Origin: Candidatus Latescibacterota bacterium
Lineage (GTDB): Bacteria > Latescibacterota > UBA2968 > GCA-2709665
Assembly (NCBI GenBank): GCA_965222075.1
Contig: OZ244937.1
Location: 3,616,001-3,680,000 of the forward strand
Length of the DNA stretch: 64,000 nt
Direction of reading: 5' to 3'
The number at the start of each line of letters is the position of its first letter. Positions within the stretch are counted from its first letter, which is position 1. Below, one piece after another: positions 40,972 through 52,581 of the stretch. The notes beneath the pieces were generated by a model. The model had not been told where the DNA came from, made no database searches, and saw only the letters and a list, made by a program, of their open reading frames with translations. A program made the position numbers and the translations under genes.

Positions 40972-42696
40972 CTACTGTCCCCCGACGCCTGCTTGTACAT
41001 ACCCCACCAGTTCCCCCACCTCCACATCCACCCGCTCCTCCTTCTCTCGCCACTTCACTTCCACCACCCCCTTCTCCAACCCCCGCGCCCCAACCGTCAC
41101 CCGAATCGGAATTCCGATCAGATCCGCATCGTTGAACTTCACCCCCGCCCGCTCGTCCCGGTCGTCTAACAGCACCTCCACGCCGGCCGCCTCCAGCTCT
41201 CGATAGATCTTCTCGGCCGCCTCCAACTCCCCCTTCGGCGCCTTCCCGCTCAGCACCAGGATATGGACCTGAAATGGCGCCACCGACATCGGCCAGACGA
41301 TCCCCTGCTCGTCGTGGCACTCCTCGATCACACACGCCAGCAGGCGCCCCGTGCCGATACCGTAAGACCCCATCACCAGCGGCCGGGGCCGGCCCGCCTC
41401 GTCTAAAACCGTCGCCCCCAGCCCCTCGCTGTACTTCGTCCCCAGCTTGAAAATATTCCCCACCTCAATCCCCCGCACGCTCCCAAGCGGCGCGCCGCAT
41501 GCGGCGCAGGGCATCCCATCCTCCACCGCCACCAGATCGGCCACCACATCCGGTTCGAAATCCCGCCCCGCGTTCACATTTAAATAGTGATAATCCTCCT
41601 TATTGGCCCCCGACACCAGGTTGTTCGACCCCGATACCCAATCGTCCACCACCAGCAGCACCCCCTCATTCACCCCGATCGGCGATCCGTACCCCGGTTC
41701 CGCTCCGATCGCCCGGATCTCCTCCTCCGTGGCCGGGCGCATCTCGACTGCCTTTACCGCGTTGGCCAGCTTCGTCTCGTTCAACTCATGGTCGCCCCGC
41801 AACAGGGCAAAGATAAACCGCTCTTCCCCCTCGACCCTCCCCACCATAAACACCGCTTTCGCCGTCCGGCGCTCGGGAATCTTCAAAAACGCGGCCAGAT
41901 CCGCAATCGTCGCACACCCGGGCGTCTCCACCTCCTCCAGCGGCATCGGATCGGCCCTCTCCGGATCGGCCTTTGCAAACCCCGCAACCTGCCGGTTGGC
42001 CCGGTAGTCGCAGTTGTCGCACAGCAGCAGCGTATCCTCGCCCGCCGGGTTCAGATACATAAACTCGTGCGCCCCCGTCCCGCCCATTATCCCCGTATCG
42101 CTCTCCACCACAATCACCGACTCCCCCAGCCCCACACGGGCGAAGATATTCTCATACGCTCGGTACATATTGTTGTACGTCTCATCCAGGCTGGCCTCGT
42201 CTAAGTGAAAACTGTACGCGTCCTTCATGGTAAACTCCCGCACCCGGACCAATCCCCCCCGGCTGCGCGGTTCGTCTCTGAACTTCGTCTGAATCTGAAA
42301 AACGCTCAGCGGCACCTGCCGGTAGCTCTGAATCAAATGCCGCACCAGATCGGTCACCACCTCCTCATGCGTCATGGCCAGACACATCTCCCGCTCCGCC
42401 CGGTCGGCCATCCGAAGCATCTCCGGCCCGATCTCATCCCACCGCCCGCTCTCCTGCCAGAGCTCTGCAGGCTGTACGATCGGCATCAGCAGCTCCGTGC
42501 ACCCGATCGCCGCCATCTCCTCCCGAAAAATCGCCTCAATCTTCTGCTTCACCCGCAGCCCCAGCGGCAGATAACTGAAAATTCCCGCCGCCAGCGGCCG
42601 GATCAACCCCGCCCGAAGCGCAAGCCGGTGGCTGACCAGCTCCGCATCGGCGGGCAGCTCGCGAAGCGTCTGCGTAAACAATTGAGAATAGCGCAT
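40972..42696 (-). CDS. proS: Proline--tRNA ligase with editing domain
   Basis: THEE, FRDEPR..GGLVRVREFTMKDAYSF, GIEVGNIFKLGTKYS, MGSYGIG. Confidence 0.98.
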   Translation of the reverse strand: MRYSQLFTQTLRELPADAELVSHRLALRAGLIRPLAAGIFSYLPLGLRVKQKIEAIFREEMAAIGCTELLMPIVQPAELWQESGRWDEIGPEMLRMADRAEREMCLAMTHEEVVTDLVRHLIQSYRQVPLSVFQIQTKFRDEPRSRGGLVRVREFTMKDAYSFHLDEASLDETYNNMYRAYENIFARVGLGESVIVVESDTGIMGGTGAHEFMYLNPAGEDTLLLCDNCDYRANRQVAGFAKADPERADPMPLEEVETPGCATIADLAAFLKIPERRTAKAVFMVGRVEGEERFIFALLRGDHELNETKLANAVKAVEMRPATEEEIRAIGAEPGYGSPIGVNEGVLLVVDDWVSGSNNLVSGANKEDYHYLNVNAGRDFEPDVVADLVAVEDGMPCAACGAPLGSVRGIEVGNIFKLGTKYSEGLGATVLDEAGRPRPLVMGSYGIGTGRLLACVIEECHDEQGIVWPMSVAPFQVHILVLSGKAPKGELEAAEKIYRELEAAGVEVLLDDRDERAGVKFNDADLIGIPIRVTVGARGLEKGVVEVKWREKEERVDVEVGELVGYVQAGVGGQ

Positions 42697-42759
42697 CCCA
42701 TTCTCCTTCTCACGGCAAGATGAGTTCCACCCTTCCCGGCTGTAAGGTGTGAGCTGAAC

Positions 42760-43518
42760 TCAGCCCTCCCCAAAATCAAAAATCGTCAGCCCGGTCTTAC
42801 CCAGAATCCACTCCAGATCCTCCTCCGAAAGAAAATCCCAGCTTTGGGGCAACGCCAGCGCCATCTCACACGTCTCACTATTCGAAACCGGGGGGAAATC
42901 GCTGCCCCACATAATCCGGTCCGGCCCGAAGCGCTCCAGGGCCTGCTTCACAAATGGAATCACCTCGTTGTAGGGATACCCCTTGCCGAAGGCGTAGAAA
43001 CCGGAGAGCATGAAAACGACGTTTGGATAGTCCGCATACCCCAACACCCGTTCGTACTCCGGATAACCGGGCGGGCGGTCCACATCCGGAAACCAGCCCA
43101 TGTGCTCAATCCGAAACCGGGCGTTTGGGAACCGCCGGATGTAGTCCTCGATTCGCGGTTCAATCATGTGCTGCATTCCCCCGCTCAGACTGGCCATAAT
43201 CCCCAGTTCCCCCACAATATCCCACACCGCCTCATTGTCCACAGCAGCCGGAATGCGCAGGCCGGCCAGGTTGTGCTCTACAACCTCCCGCCGGATCTGC
43301 TCGGCCGCGTCCGGCGCCTTATAGTCCACGGCCCCCAGCGCCGCAAACCGGCCGGGAAACCGGTCCATGCAATCCTTCAAATAGGCATTGTTATAACATC
43401 CCCCGTACTGCACCAGCAGCGCCTTGTCGATCCCCGCAGCCTCCATCTGCGCCACCAGCACCTCCACCACCACATACTTCGTCAGCCCCACGTGAACATG
43501 CCCATCAACAATGGCCAT
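42760..43518 (-). CDS. Amidohydrolase_2 family protein
   Basis: DGHVH, IEHMG, IMWGSDFP. Confidence 0.85.
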   Translation of the reverse strand: MAIVDGHVHVGLTKYVVVEVLVAQMEAAGIDKALLVQYGGCYNNAYLKDCMDRFPGRFAALGAVDYKAPDAAEQIRREVVEHNLAGLRIPAAVDNEAVWDIVGELGIMASLSGGMQHMIEPRIEDYIRRFPNARFRIEHMGWFPDVDRPPGYPEYERVLGYADYPNVVFMLSGFYAFGKGYPYNEVIPFVKQALERFGPDRIMWGSDFPPVSNSETCEMALALPQSWDFLSEEDLEWILGKTGLTIFDFGEG

Positions 43519-43558
43519 AGCCCCTCCCTCTCATTTGGGATTGTGGATTTAACCTTTT

Positions 43559-45013
43559 TCACTCCGCATTCCGCATCGGCACCTCCAACGCCGACGGATG
43601 CGCGTTGTCGTGGTAAAGCCGTGCACAAAACGGCTCGAAATACGGAAACGCATACGTCGTATTGTAATTGCTTACCCCCAGCCGCAGCCGGTGCCCCACC
43701 TCCATGCGGTACCCGATCGTGCGCATCTCGATCTCTACCGTCACATGCCGCCCCGGCTCGGCCGTACGCGTCCCGAAGTGCCCCCGCGTAATCAGCGCCT
43801 CCGACCCGTCGGGGCCCACGTCGAACAGCTCCGCGTGAACCTGAAAAAAGGGCCGGTTGGGCAGCATGTAAAACCGCGCCCCCGGTGCCCCCAGAATCTC
43901 GGCCGGCGCCGCAAGCAGATCCCCCTCAAACACCGCCACCTCCACGGCCAGCGCCTTCGGCGTCCCTTCCATATTGTCCGCAATCGCCGACCGGAGCGTA
44001 TAGTCGGTGTCCAGAGGCACGTTATTCACATTCGCATGCGTGTCCGGCTGCTCCGGCGCATCCTCCGCCAGCGCGCCCCCGGTCCTCAGATAAAACGTGC
44101 GAGTTTCCACCTCCTCCGGTGGGAGCGCGTCCACCCCCCCGTGCTCCCACCCCGGCCGCTGTGTGTACACAATCGCAGGCCCCTTCATAATCCCATTCTC
44201 CTCTCCCTTCAGCCAGTGGTCCAGCCACTGGTCGATCAACTCTTGCCGCACCTGCTGAGCCTCCGGATCGTCCTGCCCGTCGTGTCCCCCTCCGCCCAGA
44301 TAGAGCTTCTTGGGCACATCCAGCCGGTTGAACATTTTCAGCACCTCGTTCGGCGGCATCCCCACATCGTGCCACCCGTGCAGGACAAATACCGGACAGC
44401 GGATCCGGTCCACAAACAGCAGCGGCGACCGGGGCCGCACCCACTCCCGGATCAGGTCCCAGTCCCCCGAAAGCGCCCACTGCCGCATCAGCTCCTGGAA
44501 CCCCGCCGTCGCAACCCGCCGTCGCATCGTCCGCGTGAAAAACCACTTCGTCAGGCACCCGTTGTGTACCGCAAACTCGGCGTAATCCGTAAAAATATTC
44601 TGCGGCACAACCGTCGCCACTCCGGGATGGTGTATCGCAGCCATGTGCGAACACCACCCTCCCTGCGAACTCCCCACCACCCCCAGCCGCTCCGGATGCA
44701 CCGGCTGCTCGGAAAACATCCAGTCGATCATCTCCTGAAGGTCAAAAATCTCCCGCGCCCCCATATGGAACGACAGTCCCTCCGACCCCCCCTGCCCCCG
44801 CACGCTGTAGCACACCGCCAGGTACCCCCGCTCCGCCAGCCGCCGCCCCTGCCCCAGCGTCGACGCTTTGCTCCCCGCATCCCCGTGCCCGTGCGCCAGC
44901 AGCACCCCCGGCCATCCCCCTTCCGGCACCTCCCCCTTCGGCGTACACACCGACACATCCAGCCGCACCCCGTCGTTCATCCCCACCCGGCACTCCCGCT
45001 CAACAAATGCCAT
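43559..45013 (-). CDS. CocE/NonD family alpha/beta hydrolase
   Basis: MNDGVRL, SVRGQGGSEG, GSSQGG nucleophile, HGWHD. Confidence 0.88.
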   Translation of the reverse strand: MAFVERECRVGMNDGVRLDVSVCTPKGEVPEGGWPGVLLAHGHGDAGSKASTLGQGRRLAERGYLAVCYSVRGQGGSEGLSFHMGAREIFDLQEMIDWMFSEQPVHPERLGVVGSSQGGWCSHMAAIHHPGVATVVPQNIFTDYAEFAVHNGCLTKWFFTRTMRRRVATAGFQELMRQWALSGDWDLIREWVRPRSPLLFVDRIRCPVFVLHGWHDVGMPPNEVLKMFNRLDVPKKLYLGGGGHDGQDDPEAQQVRQELIDQWLDHWLKGEENGIMKGPAIVYTQRPGWEHGGVDALPPEEVETRTFYLRTGGALAEDAPEQPDTHANVNNVPLDTDYTLRSAIADNMEGTPKALAVEVAVFEGDLLAAPAEILGAPGARFYMLPNRPFFQVHAELFDVGPDGSEALITRGHFGTRTAEPGRHVTVEIEMRTIGYRMEVGHRLRLGVSNYNTTYAFPYFEPFCARLYHDNAHPSALEVPMRNAE

Positions 45014-45101
45014 CCAATCCCCCTGAAAATAAGTGTCAATCTACGATACCCTAAAAGTACGACGCAAACTCGCACCAGTGCCCGCTCACTTCACCCACTT
45101 T

Positions 45102-45926
45102 TTACTTCCCAATCTCCACCACCATCCCATCCTCCCCCACCATCACCTCCCCCTCATACCCACCCCTGATCTCCTCCGCCATCCGATACGCCGCCGTCCG
45201 GTCGCCCGTAACATCCTCCATCACCAAATGCTTGATCACCACCCGCTTCACCTCCGCCTCCGTCGCAATCCGCGCGATATCCGCCGGCGTAATATGCCAG
45301 TGCCCCCAGGGCTGCTGCGCCAGAAACTCCGGCGTCCCCGAACACTCGATCGCCAGCAGGTCCGCCCCCCGGCAGAACGCAACAAACCCCTCGTCCGGCG
45401 TCCCATCCCCTGTAATCACTACCCGATGCTCCCCGGCATCTACCCGGTAAACCAGCGTCGGAATCCCTCCGTGGTCCGTAAACGCCGCCGCCACCCGGTA
45501 CCCCTCCACCGCCAGAAACTCCCCCTCCCGATCCACCTGGACCACCTCCGGGTCCAGCGCAGAGACATCCTTCCCGTGCTCCACCCGGCTTTGAATATCC
45601 TGTTCAAACGGCGGCCGGATAATCCGCGTCACAAAATCCACCGTGCCCACCGGACCGAAGATCCGCAACTTCCCCCCTCGCCCCTTCACCCAGCCCACAA
45701 ACACCATATAGGGCACATCCACAATATGGTCAAAATGCAAATGCGTCAAAAATAGCGTATCCACCGTCTCACACCCCACCCCGGCCCGCGCTAAGTTCGT
45801 ACTCGCCGACCGACCGCAGTCGAACATCAGCACCCGATCCCTCACATGCAGAATCTGCGCCGGCCCTCCCCGGTTCGGATTGTCCCGAACCGCCCCGCTG
45901 CCCAGCATCACAAAACGCAACCCCAT
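45102..45926 (-). CDS. MBL-fold metallohydrolase (RNase Z/arylsulfatase-like)
   Basis: MLGSG, FDCG, THLHFDH, ITGD. Confidence 0.88.
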   Translation of the reverse strand: MGLRFVMLGSGAVRDNPNRGGPAQILHVRDRVLMFDCGRSASTNLARAGVGCETVDTLFLTHLHFDHIVDVPYMVFVGWVKGRGGKLRIFGPVGTVDFVTRIIRPPFEQDIQSRVEHGKDVSALDPEVVQVDREGEFLAVEGYRVAAAFTDHGGIPTLVYRVDAGEHRVVITGDGTPDEGFVAFCRGADLLAIECSGTPEFLAQQPWGHWHITPADIARIATEAEVKRVVIKHLVMEDVTGDRTAAYRMAEEIRGGYEGEVMVGEDGMVVEIGK

Positions 45927-46207
45927 CAGCCTCCTTTCACCGTCTGTCGTCAAAAAATTTCCCCTGACTCCAGAATTCCGGAGGGAAAGGCCGTTTGGGC
46001 TCCGTGCCCCTCCGTGATGCCAATATACCACCTTCACTCCACCCTGTCAACGCGGGATACCTCCGGATCTCCAAAACCCAACCGCCCAAAGACGACAGGC
46101 TGATGGACGCATACCGGGTCTCCCCACTTCTGGCTTGACTTCCACGATCAAGCGCCTTTATTTATCGTATAAATATAACAGTGATCCTAACCCCAGAGGC
46201 CACAGCT

Positions 46208-48541
46208 ATGAAGTACTCCCTTAGAGGTGCGATCCTCCTTTTTTCCTTTTTCCTTTTTCCTTTTTCCTTCTCTTCCCTCTCCTGGGCGCAAACCGGCCGT
46301 ATCACCGGTCAGGTCACCGCACAGGACACCGGCGTCCCCCTCCTCGGCGCCAACGTCGAAGTCCTCGGTCCCAACCTCGTCCGGAAGATGGGAGCGATCA
46401 CCGGCGCCGATGGCCGCTACACGGTCGAAAATGTGCCCGCAGGCACATACACTGTAAAAGCGACCTTTGTGGGGTACTTAGACGCGGCAGTGACAGACAT
46501 CGTGGTCGACGACTCGGTTGAGGTCCACATTGGGATGCTGGCGTCCCCTTACGAGCTGGAAAAGATCGTGGTGTCGGCAAGCCGCCGCGCAGAGAACATC
46601 CTGGACGCCCCGGCCACGATCTCCAAGGTCGGTTGGAAGGAAACCCAAAGAAACACCATTGGAAGCGCTTACCTGAGCGACCTTAAATATGTAAAAGGCA
46701 TCGACTATCAGCAAATCGGCATCTTTCAGGAGCGATACAACACCAGGGGGTACAACTCCGCGTTTAACGTCCGCATGCTCCTCTTAACGGACGGACGTGT
46801 CACCAGAACCTTTGGAGGCAATCCCCTCTACGGCCCGACCATCACCCGGGACGACCTCCAGGCGATGGAAGTCATCGTCGGACCGGGCTCGGCGCTCTAC
46901 GGTCCGGATGCTATATCGGGTGTCATCAGCCTGATGTCAAAAGATCCGCGAGACTTTCAGGGCACCAGCCTCGCCGTTGCCGGCGGCTCTCGAAACCTCT
47001 TTAAAGGACGGTTTCGCCATGCGGAACAGACCGGCAAATGGGGCTGGAAGGTCTCGGGCGAATACCAGAGAGGCCGCGATTTTGAACGGATCACGACATT
47101 CTACAATGCGGACAGCACCGCCTCCGTGACCGGCGATCCGGATTTTGACTCCAACTTTTTAACCGGCGGGTTAGGCCTGTTTTATTACCCGGACCGTCAA
47201 TCTAAGTTCGGGTTTACAGCAGGGGTGACCCGCATGAATCAGATCTTCTTCAACCCCGCGGGCCGCAACCAGACCAAAAATTATGTCTACCACTACCAGC
47301 AGGTAACCTGCACAACGCCGAATCTCTATCTGAATATCTACCGCACGGGAGACACATCGGGCGACTCATTTGGCTTAGACAGGAAAGCGACCTTTCGTCT
47401 GGCCGGTCTACCTGCAGAAGAAGCGGAAGAACGGGCAAGAGATGGGAGTGACGGTTCCTTCTGGGAGGGAGAAGCCCGGTACACCTTCCACTTTCCACAC
47501 CTGAAAAACACCTACTTCACACTGGGATCGAACCTCCGCCACGAGCGCACGGCCGGAAACATTTTTGCCGGAGGGAAAGCAGCGTCGCATCTCGTCGGCT
47601 TCTACGGGCACACAAAGACCGACCTGAACGGGAAACTCAGGGCTGTTTTGGCCGCTCGCATCGACCTACATGAAATCTACGACACACAATTCAGCCCCAA
47701 GGCAGCGCTGATCTTTAAACCGGAACCCGGAATCGCCTTCCGGTTCACCTTCAACCGGGCCTTTAAAAGCCCGACCCTCTTAGAACAGAAGGCCGAGCTC
47801 CCACTCGGCCAGTTCCTGGTCGCCCGCGGCAACAGCAAGGGCTTCCGCTTCGGGAGCCCGACAGGAAACCCGCTGTCGCCCCAATATGCGGCCGGCATCC
47901 CCAAATTGAAGCCCGAGGAAAACACCACATTCGAATTTGGATTCAAAAGCATCCTGGCCAATCGGGTGTTCTTGGACCTCACCGGCTACAGGAGCCGGTA
48001 CAAAGACTTCATCAGCGACGTCCTGCCGGTTGGTGACTTGCGAAGCGGCATTGTCACCTTAGACGAAAACGGAAATCCCAGGGCCGGGGAGCAGACCCTT
48101 TCTCTCATCAACTTCGGGAAACAGACGGTTCTGGGGGTCGATGTGGGGGTGAATGTGTACGCCACAGATCGCCTTCTCCTCAAGGGCAACGCCTCCTTTA
48201 TCAAAACCGACGACCTGGAGGACGCACAGGGTCTGAATGTGCCCTTCAACACCCCGGAGGCCATCCTCAACATCGGTCTTTCGACGAGCGACTTTGTAAC
48301 AAGAGGGACGTCTCTGGACCTCTCACTCCGTCACATCGTCGAACATGACTTCCGTTCGGGCCCCCATGCAGGCACCCTCCCGGCCTATACGGTCGTGGAC
48401 ATAAACGTCGGCTACCAGACGCAGGTTGGGGTTGCCTACAGGGTTTCGGCCCACAACATTCTGAACAACAGGCACAGGGAATTCGTGACCGGACCCGAAA
48501 TCGGAAGGATCGTGGTGGGAGAGGTAGCGTATGGGTTCTAA
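46208..48541 (+). CDS. TonB-dependent receptor with an N-terminal carboxypeptidase-regulatory-like domain
   Basis: Signal peptide, GRITGQV, IVVSASRR, EVIVGPGSALYG, terminal F. Confidence 0.93.
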   Translation: MKYSLRGAILLFSFFLFPFSFSSLSWAQTGRITGQVTAQDTGVPLLGANVEVLGPNLVRKMGAITGADGRYTVENVPAGTYTVKATFVGYLDAAVTDIVVDDSVEVHIGMLASPYELEKIVVSASRRAENILDAPATISKVGWKETQRNTIGSAYLSDLKYVKGIDYQQIGIFQERYNTRGYNSAFNVRMLLLTDGRVTRTFGGNPLYGPTITRDDLQAMEVIVGPGSALYGPDAISGVISLMSKDPRDFQGTSLAVAGGSRNLFKGRFRHAEQTGKWGWKVSGEYQRGRDFERITTFYNADSTASVTGDPDFDSNFLTGGLGLFYYPDRQSKFGFTAGVTRMNQIFFNPAGRNQTKNYVYHYQQVTCTTPNLYLNIYRTGDTSGDSFGLDRKATFRLAGLPAEEAEERARDGSDGSFWEGEARYTFHFPHLKNTYFTLGSNLRHERTAGNIFAGGKAASHLVGFYGHTKTDLNGKLRAVLAARIDLHEIYDTQFSPKAALIFKPEPGIAFRFTFNRAFKSPTLLEQKAELPLGQFLVARGNSKGFRFGSPTGNPLSPQYAAGIPKLKPEENTTFEFGFKSILANRVFLDLTGYRSRYKDFISDVLPVGDLRSGIVTLDENGNPRAGEQTLSLINFGKQTVLGVDVGVNVYATDRLLLKGNASFIKTDDLEDAQGLNVPFNTPEAILNIGLSTSDFVTRGTSLDLSLRHIVEHDFRSGPHAGTLPAYTVVDINVGYQTQVGVAYRVSAHNILNNRHREFVTGPEIGRIVVGEVAYGF
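46240..46267 (+). repeat. (TTTTTCC)x4 tandem heptamer in the signal-peptide codons
   Basis: Four exact units read directly from the sequence. Confidence 0.85.
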
Positions 48542-48584
48542 AAAAAACAGCGACCCGGAATGCATTTCGGATCGCTGTTTTTTT
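48541..48584. terminator. Bidirectional intrinsic terminator between the TonB receptor gene and thiC
   Basis: A-tract, CAGCGA...TCGCTG stem, T-tract. Confidence 0.85.
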
Positions 48585-48602
48585 ATTCGTATTATCCTCT
48601 GT

Positions 48603-50354
<1,752 letters not shown>

Positions 50355-50388
50355 TTATGTCTGGTGATTTGGATCTGATATGCAACAC

Positions 50389-50423
50389 TAAAAAAAAGCC
50401 GCTTTCCGTAGGAAGACGGCCTT
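50389..50423 (-). terminator. Terminator of the TPP riboswitch expression platform
   Basis: GCCGTCTTCC-TAC-GGAAAGCGGC plus T-tract; its TTCCTACG is complementary to aptamer CGTAGGAA (antiterminator). Confidence 0.8.
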
Positions 50424-50460
50424 GAGACACGGTGAACACGTGTTGCAAGATCGTGAAATC

Positions 50461-50530
50461 CGCTTTCCTACGCTGGCATTACCCAGATCAGGTTCACAGG
50501 GTGTGATCTCAGCCGTTTGGCACCCCTTGC
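50461..50530 (-). ncRNA. TPP riboswitch
   Basis: Minus strand GGGGTGCC...GGCTGAGAT.ACACCC...GAACCTGATCTGGGTAATGCCAGCGTAGG, upstream of thiC. Confidence 0.96.
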
Positions 50531-50696
50531 GGATCTACACAAATAAAATAAGCAAAAAAGAACGATCCGTCAAGGGGGGAATTTCAGATATGTTTTATAA
50601 CTCTTTATCATTTGCTTTCGCTATTTTAACGGGGCGGTGGTCAGACGTTTCCGAAAAACTGAATTCGCCAAAAGTATAGCTGATGCTTTATCCTCT

Positions 50697-51581
50697 TCAT
50701 GTGTGGAGATGTGCACCCCTCTGGGCGCACATCCGCACATCAACTTCAAGCTGGGTGTCCCCGCCACCCTGGCGGACGCCGCGGGTTGGAGAGACGTCCT
50801 GGTAGTCGCGCCCCACCGCGATGCGCACGTGTCGCTCGTCGGCGAAGCTCCGGTTGGTCGGGTCGAAGCCGACCCAGCCGAGTTCCGGCAGCAGGCACTC
50901 GACCCATGCGTGGGTGGCATTTTCCCGCGCCTCCTCGCTGGATAGGCCGGTGTCGTGCAGGTAGCCCGACACATAGCGGGCAGGGATGCCCCAGGACCGG
51001 GCGATAGCGACCATGACGTGGACGTAGTCCTGACAGACTCCCCGGCCGGATTTGAGGATGTCCTCAATGGGGGATGCTGCCGAGGTGCTCCCCGGGGCGT
51101 AGTGGAAGCTACTGTGGAGCGTATTGGAAAGCCGTAACAGATCCTTGAGAGGATCGTCCTCGCGTTTGATGCCGTTTCGGTCAACGAAATTGGCAAGGGC
51201 GGGTGACGACTTGGTCAACTCACTCGGATGCGTGAAGTCCCAATGGGTGAAGGACGCCTTCCAGGAGTCGATCTCCTGCCAGGCACCTGCGCCGAGTCTG
51301 GATGGAAGCGGCGTAAAGGGCATCGGTTCGACCTTGGAGTGGACCGTTATCTCCAGGGCTTCGTGCTCCCGGTGGACGTTCAGAACATGTCGCGTGTTGC
51401 CGAAACAATCCGTTTCCCCGTTCAGGAAAGCCTGTGGTTTCGTTTCGATCTCGAAGCGAAAGAGCCGCTGACCCCTATCGTCGCGCGGCTTCAGGCAGAG
51501 CAACATCACGCACTGCCGCGCAGGCGACGCATAGCGATAGCGGGAGACGTGCTTGATTTCATACTGGATAATTTCGGCCAT
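50697..51581 (-). CDS. Transglutaminase-like protein with the bacterial N-terminal domain
   Basis: Triad GVCQD / HAWVE / FDPTN; GRDYQDVSP. Confidence 0.93.
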   Translation of the reverse strand: MAEIIQYEIKHVSRYRYASPARQCVMLLCLKPRDDRGQRLFRFEIETKPQAFLNGETDCFGNTRHVLNVHREHEALEITVHSKVEPMPFTPLPSRLGAGAWQEIDSWKASFTHWDFTHPSELTKSSPALANFVDRNGIKREDDPLKDLLRLSNTLHSSFHYAPGSTSAASPIEDILKSGRGVCQDYVHVMVAIARSWGIPARYVSGYLHDTGLSSEEARENATHAWVECLLPELGWVGFDPTNRSFADERHVRIAVGRDYQDVSPTRGVRQGGGDTQLEVDVRMCAQRGAHLHT

Positions 51582-51585
51582 AGCA

Positions 51586-52581
51586 TCAGCGTGCCGGGGA
51601 ATCCTCAATGGCGTAATCGATATAGGCAGCGGTCACGAGATCGTGAAGTTTCCGGCAATAATCCCTGACCTGCGCAAGGAGAGCCTCGTGGTCTTCTCGA
51701 TCCGGCCAATCATAATGGATCAGGGCGCACATACGGCTGGCCAGGCGGAGGGCCGCGGCGCTGGAATGTTCACCGGAGCCAGGACCAATAGCAGTGAGCT
51801 CCGCAACTGTCGCGTCGAGCGAGTAGCAAAGCGAGCCATGCAGCAGCGGGTCCGTCACGAGCATGTCCAACACCCGGCGCGGCTGGATATCAACGCTGTA
51901 GTTGCGGTTGTAGGCGTCAAACGCCTCGCAGACGCGCAACAGGTTTGCCCAGTTTGCGTCGAAGGATACGTCCGTTAGCTTGTCGGTGGCGAGTTGAGAC
52001 AGAAACAACACAGCCGAGCACTGGGCGCGTTCAATGAAACGCCCAAGCTGCAAGAAATGCCACCCTTCGTCGCGATACATGGTTGCCTCTGCCACGCCGG
52101 CAAAGGTGTTGATTTCACCTGCCGTTTCCGCGTAGAAACTCTCTGGGGAGGTCTTCCAGATTTCCTGAATGCTCAACTTCTGGAGCCGTAGATAGGCCAG
52201 GTTCAGACAGGTCCACATTTCAGCGCTGATGCAGTGACGCATCTGGCGGGCATTCTCACGGCCGAGGGAGAAACAACCCCAGACCGAATCGGGGTTCGAG
52301 CGCTCGAAAGTGAGATCATCGGCCAAAGTGTAGGAATCGGCCAGAGTATAGTCGTCGCTGCCGAGCAACTCGATACTGCCTCCAAGAGGCTGCCGGCTCA
52401 AGCTCATGTAGATTCGGCTCCAGCCGAAATAGATCTCCCGGATCGGCCGATCCACCAGAGCTTCCGCCTGCAATCGCAGCAGGCGGCAGAGATGCGCCGC
52501 CCGCTCCAGGTAACGGCCCATCCAATAGAGGCCCTGTGCGCTACGCGAAAGTAATCTCGGTCTTCCAGTAATCGTTTCCAT
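51586..52581 (-). CDS. Alpha-E (DUF403) protein
   Basis: LLSR.A..LYWMGRYLERA, RENARQMR, LGRFIERA. Confidence 0.92.
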   Translation of the reverse strand: METITGRPRLLSRSAQGLYWMGRYLERAAHLCRLLRLQAEALVDRPIREIYFGWSRIYMSLSRQPLGGSIELLGSDDYTLADSYTLADDLTFERSNPDSVWGCFSLGRENARQMRHCISAEMWTCLNLAYLRLQKLSIQEIWKTSPESFYAETAGEINTFAGVAEATMYRDEGWHFLQLGRFIERAQCSAVLFLSQLATDKLTDVSFDANWANLLRVCEAFDAYNRNYSVDIQPRRVLDMLVTDPLLHGSLCYSLDATVAELTAIGPGSGEHSSAAALRLASRMCALIHYDWPDREDHEALLAQVRDYCRKLHDLVTAAYIDYAIEDSPAR

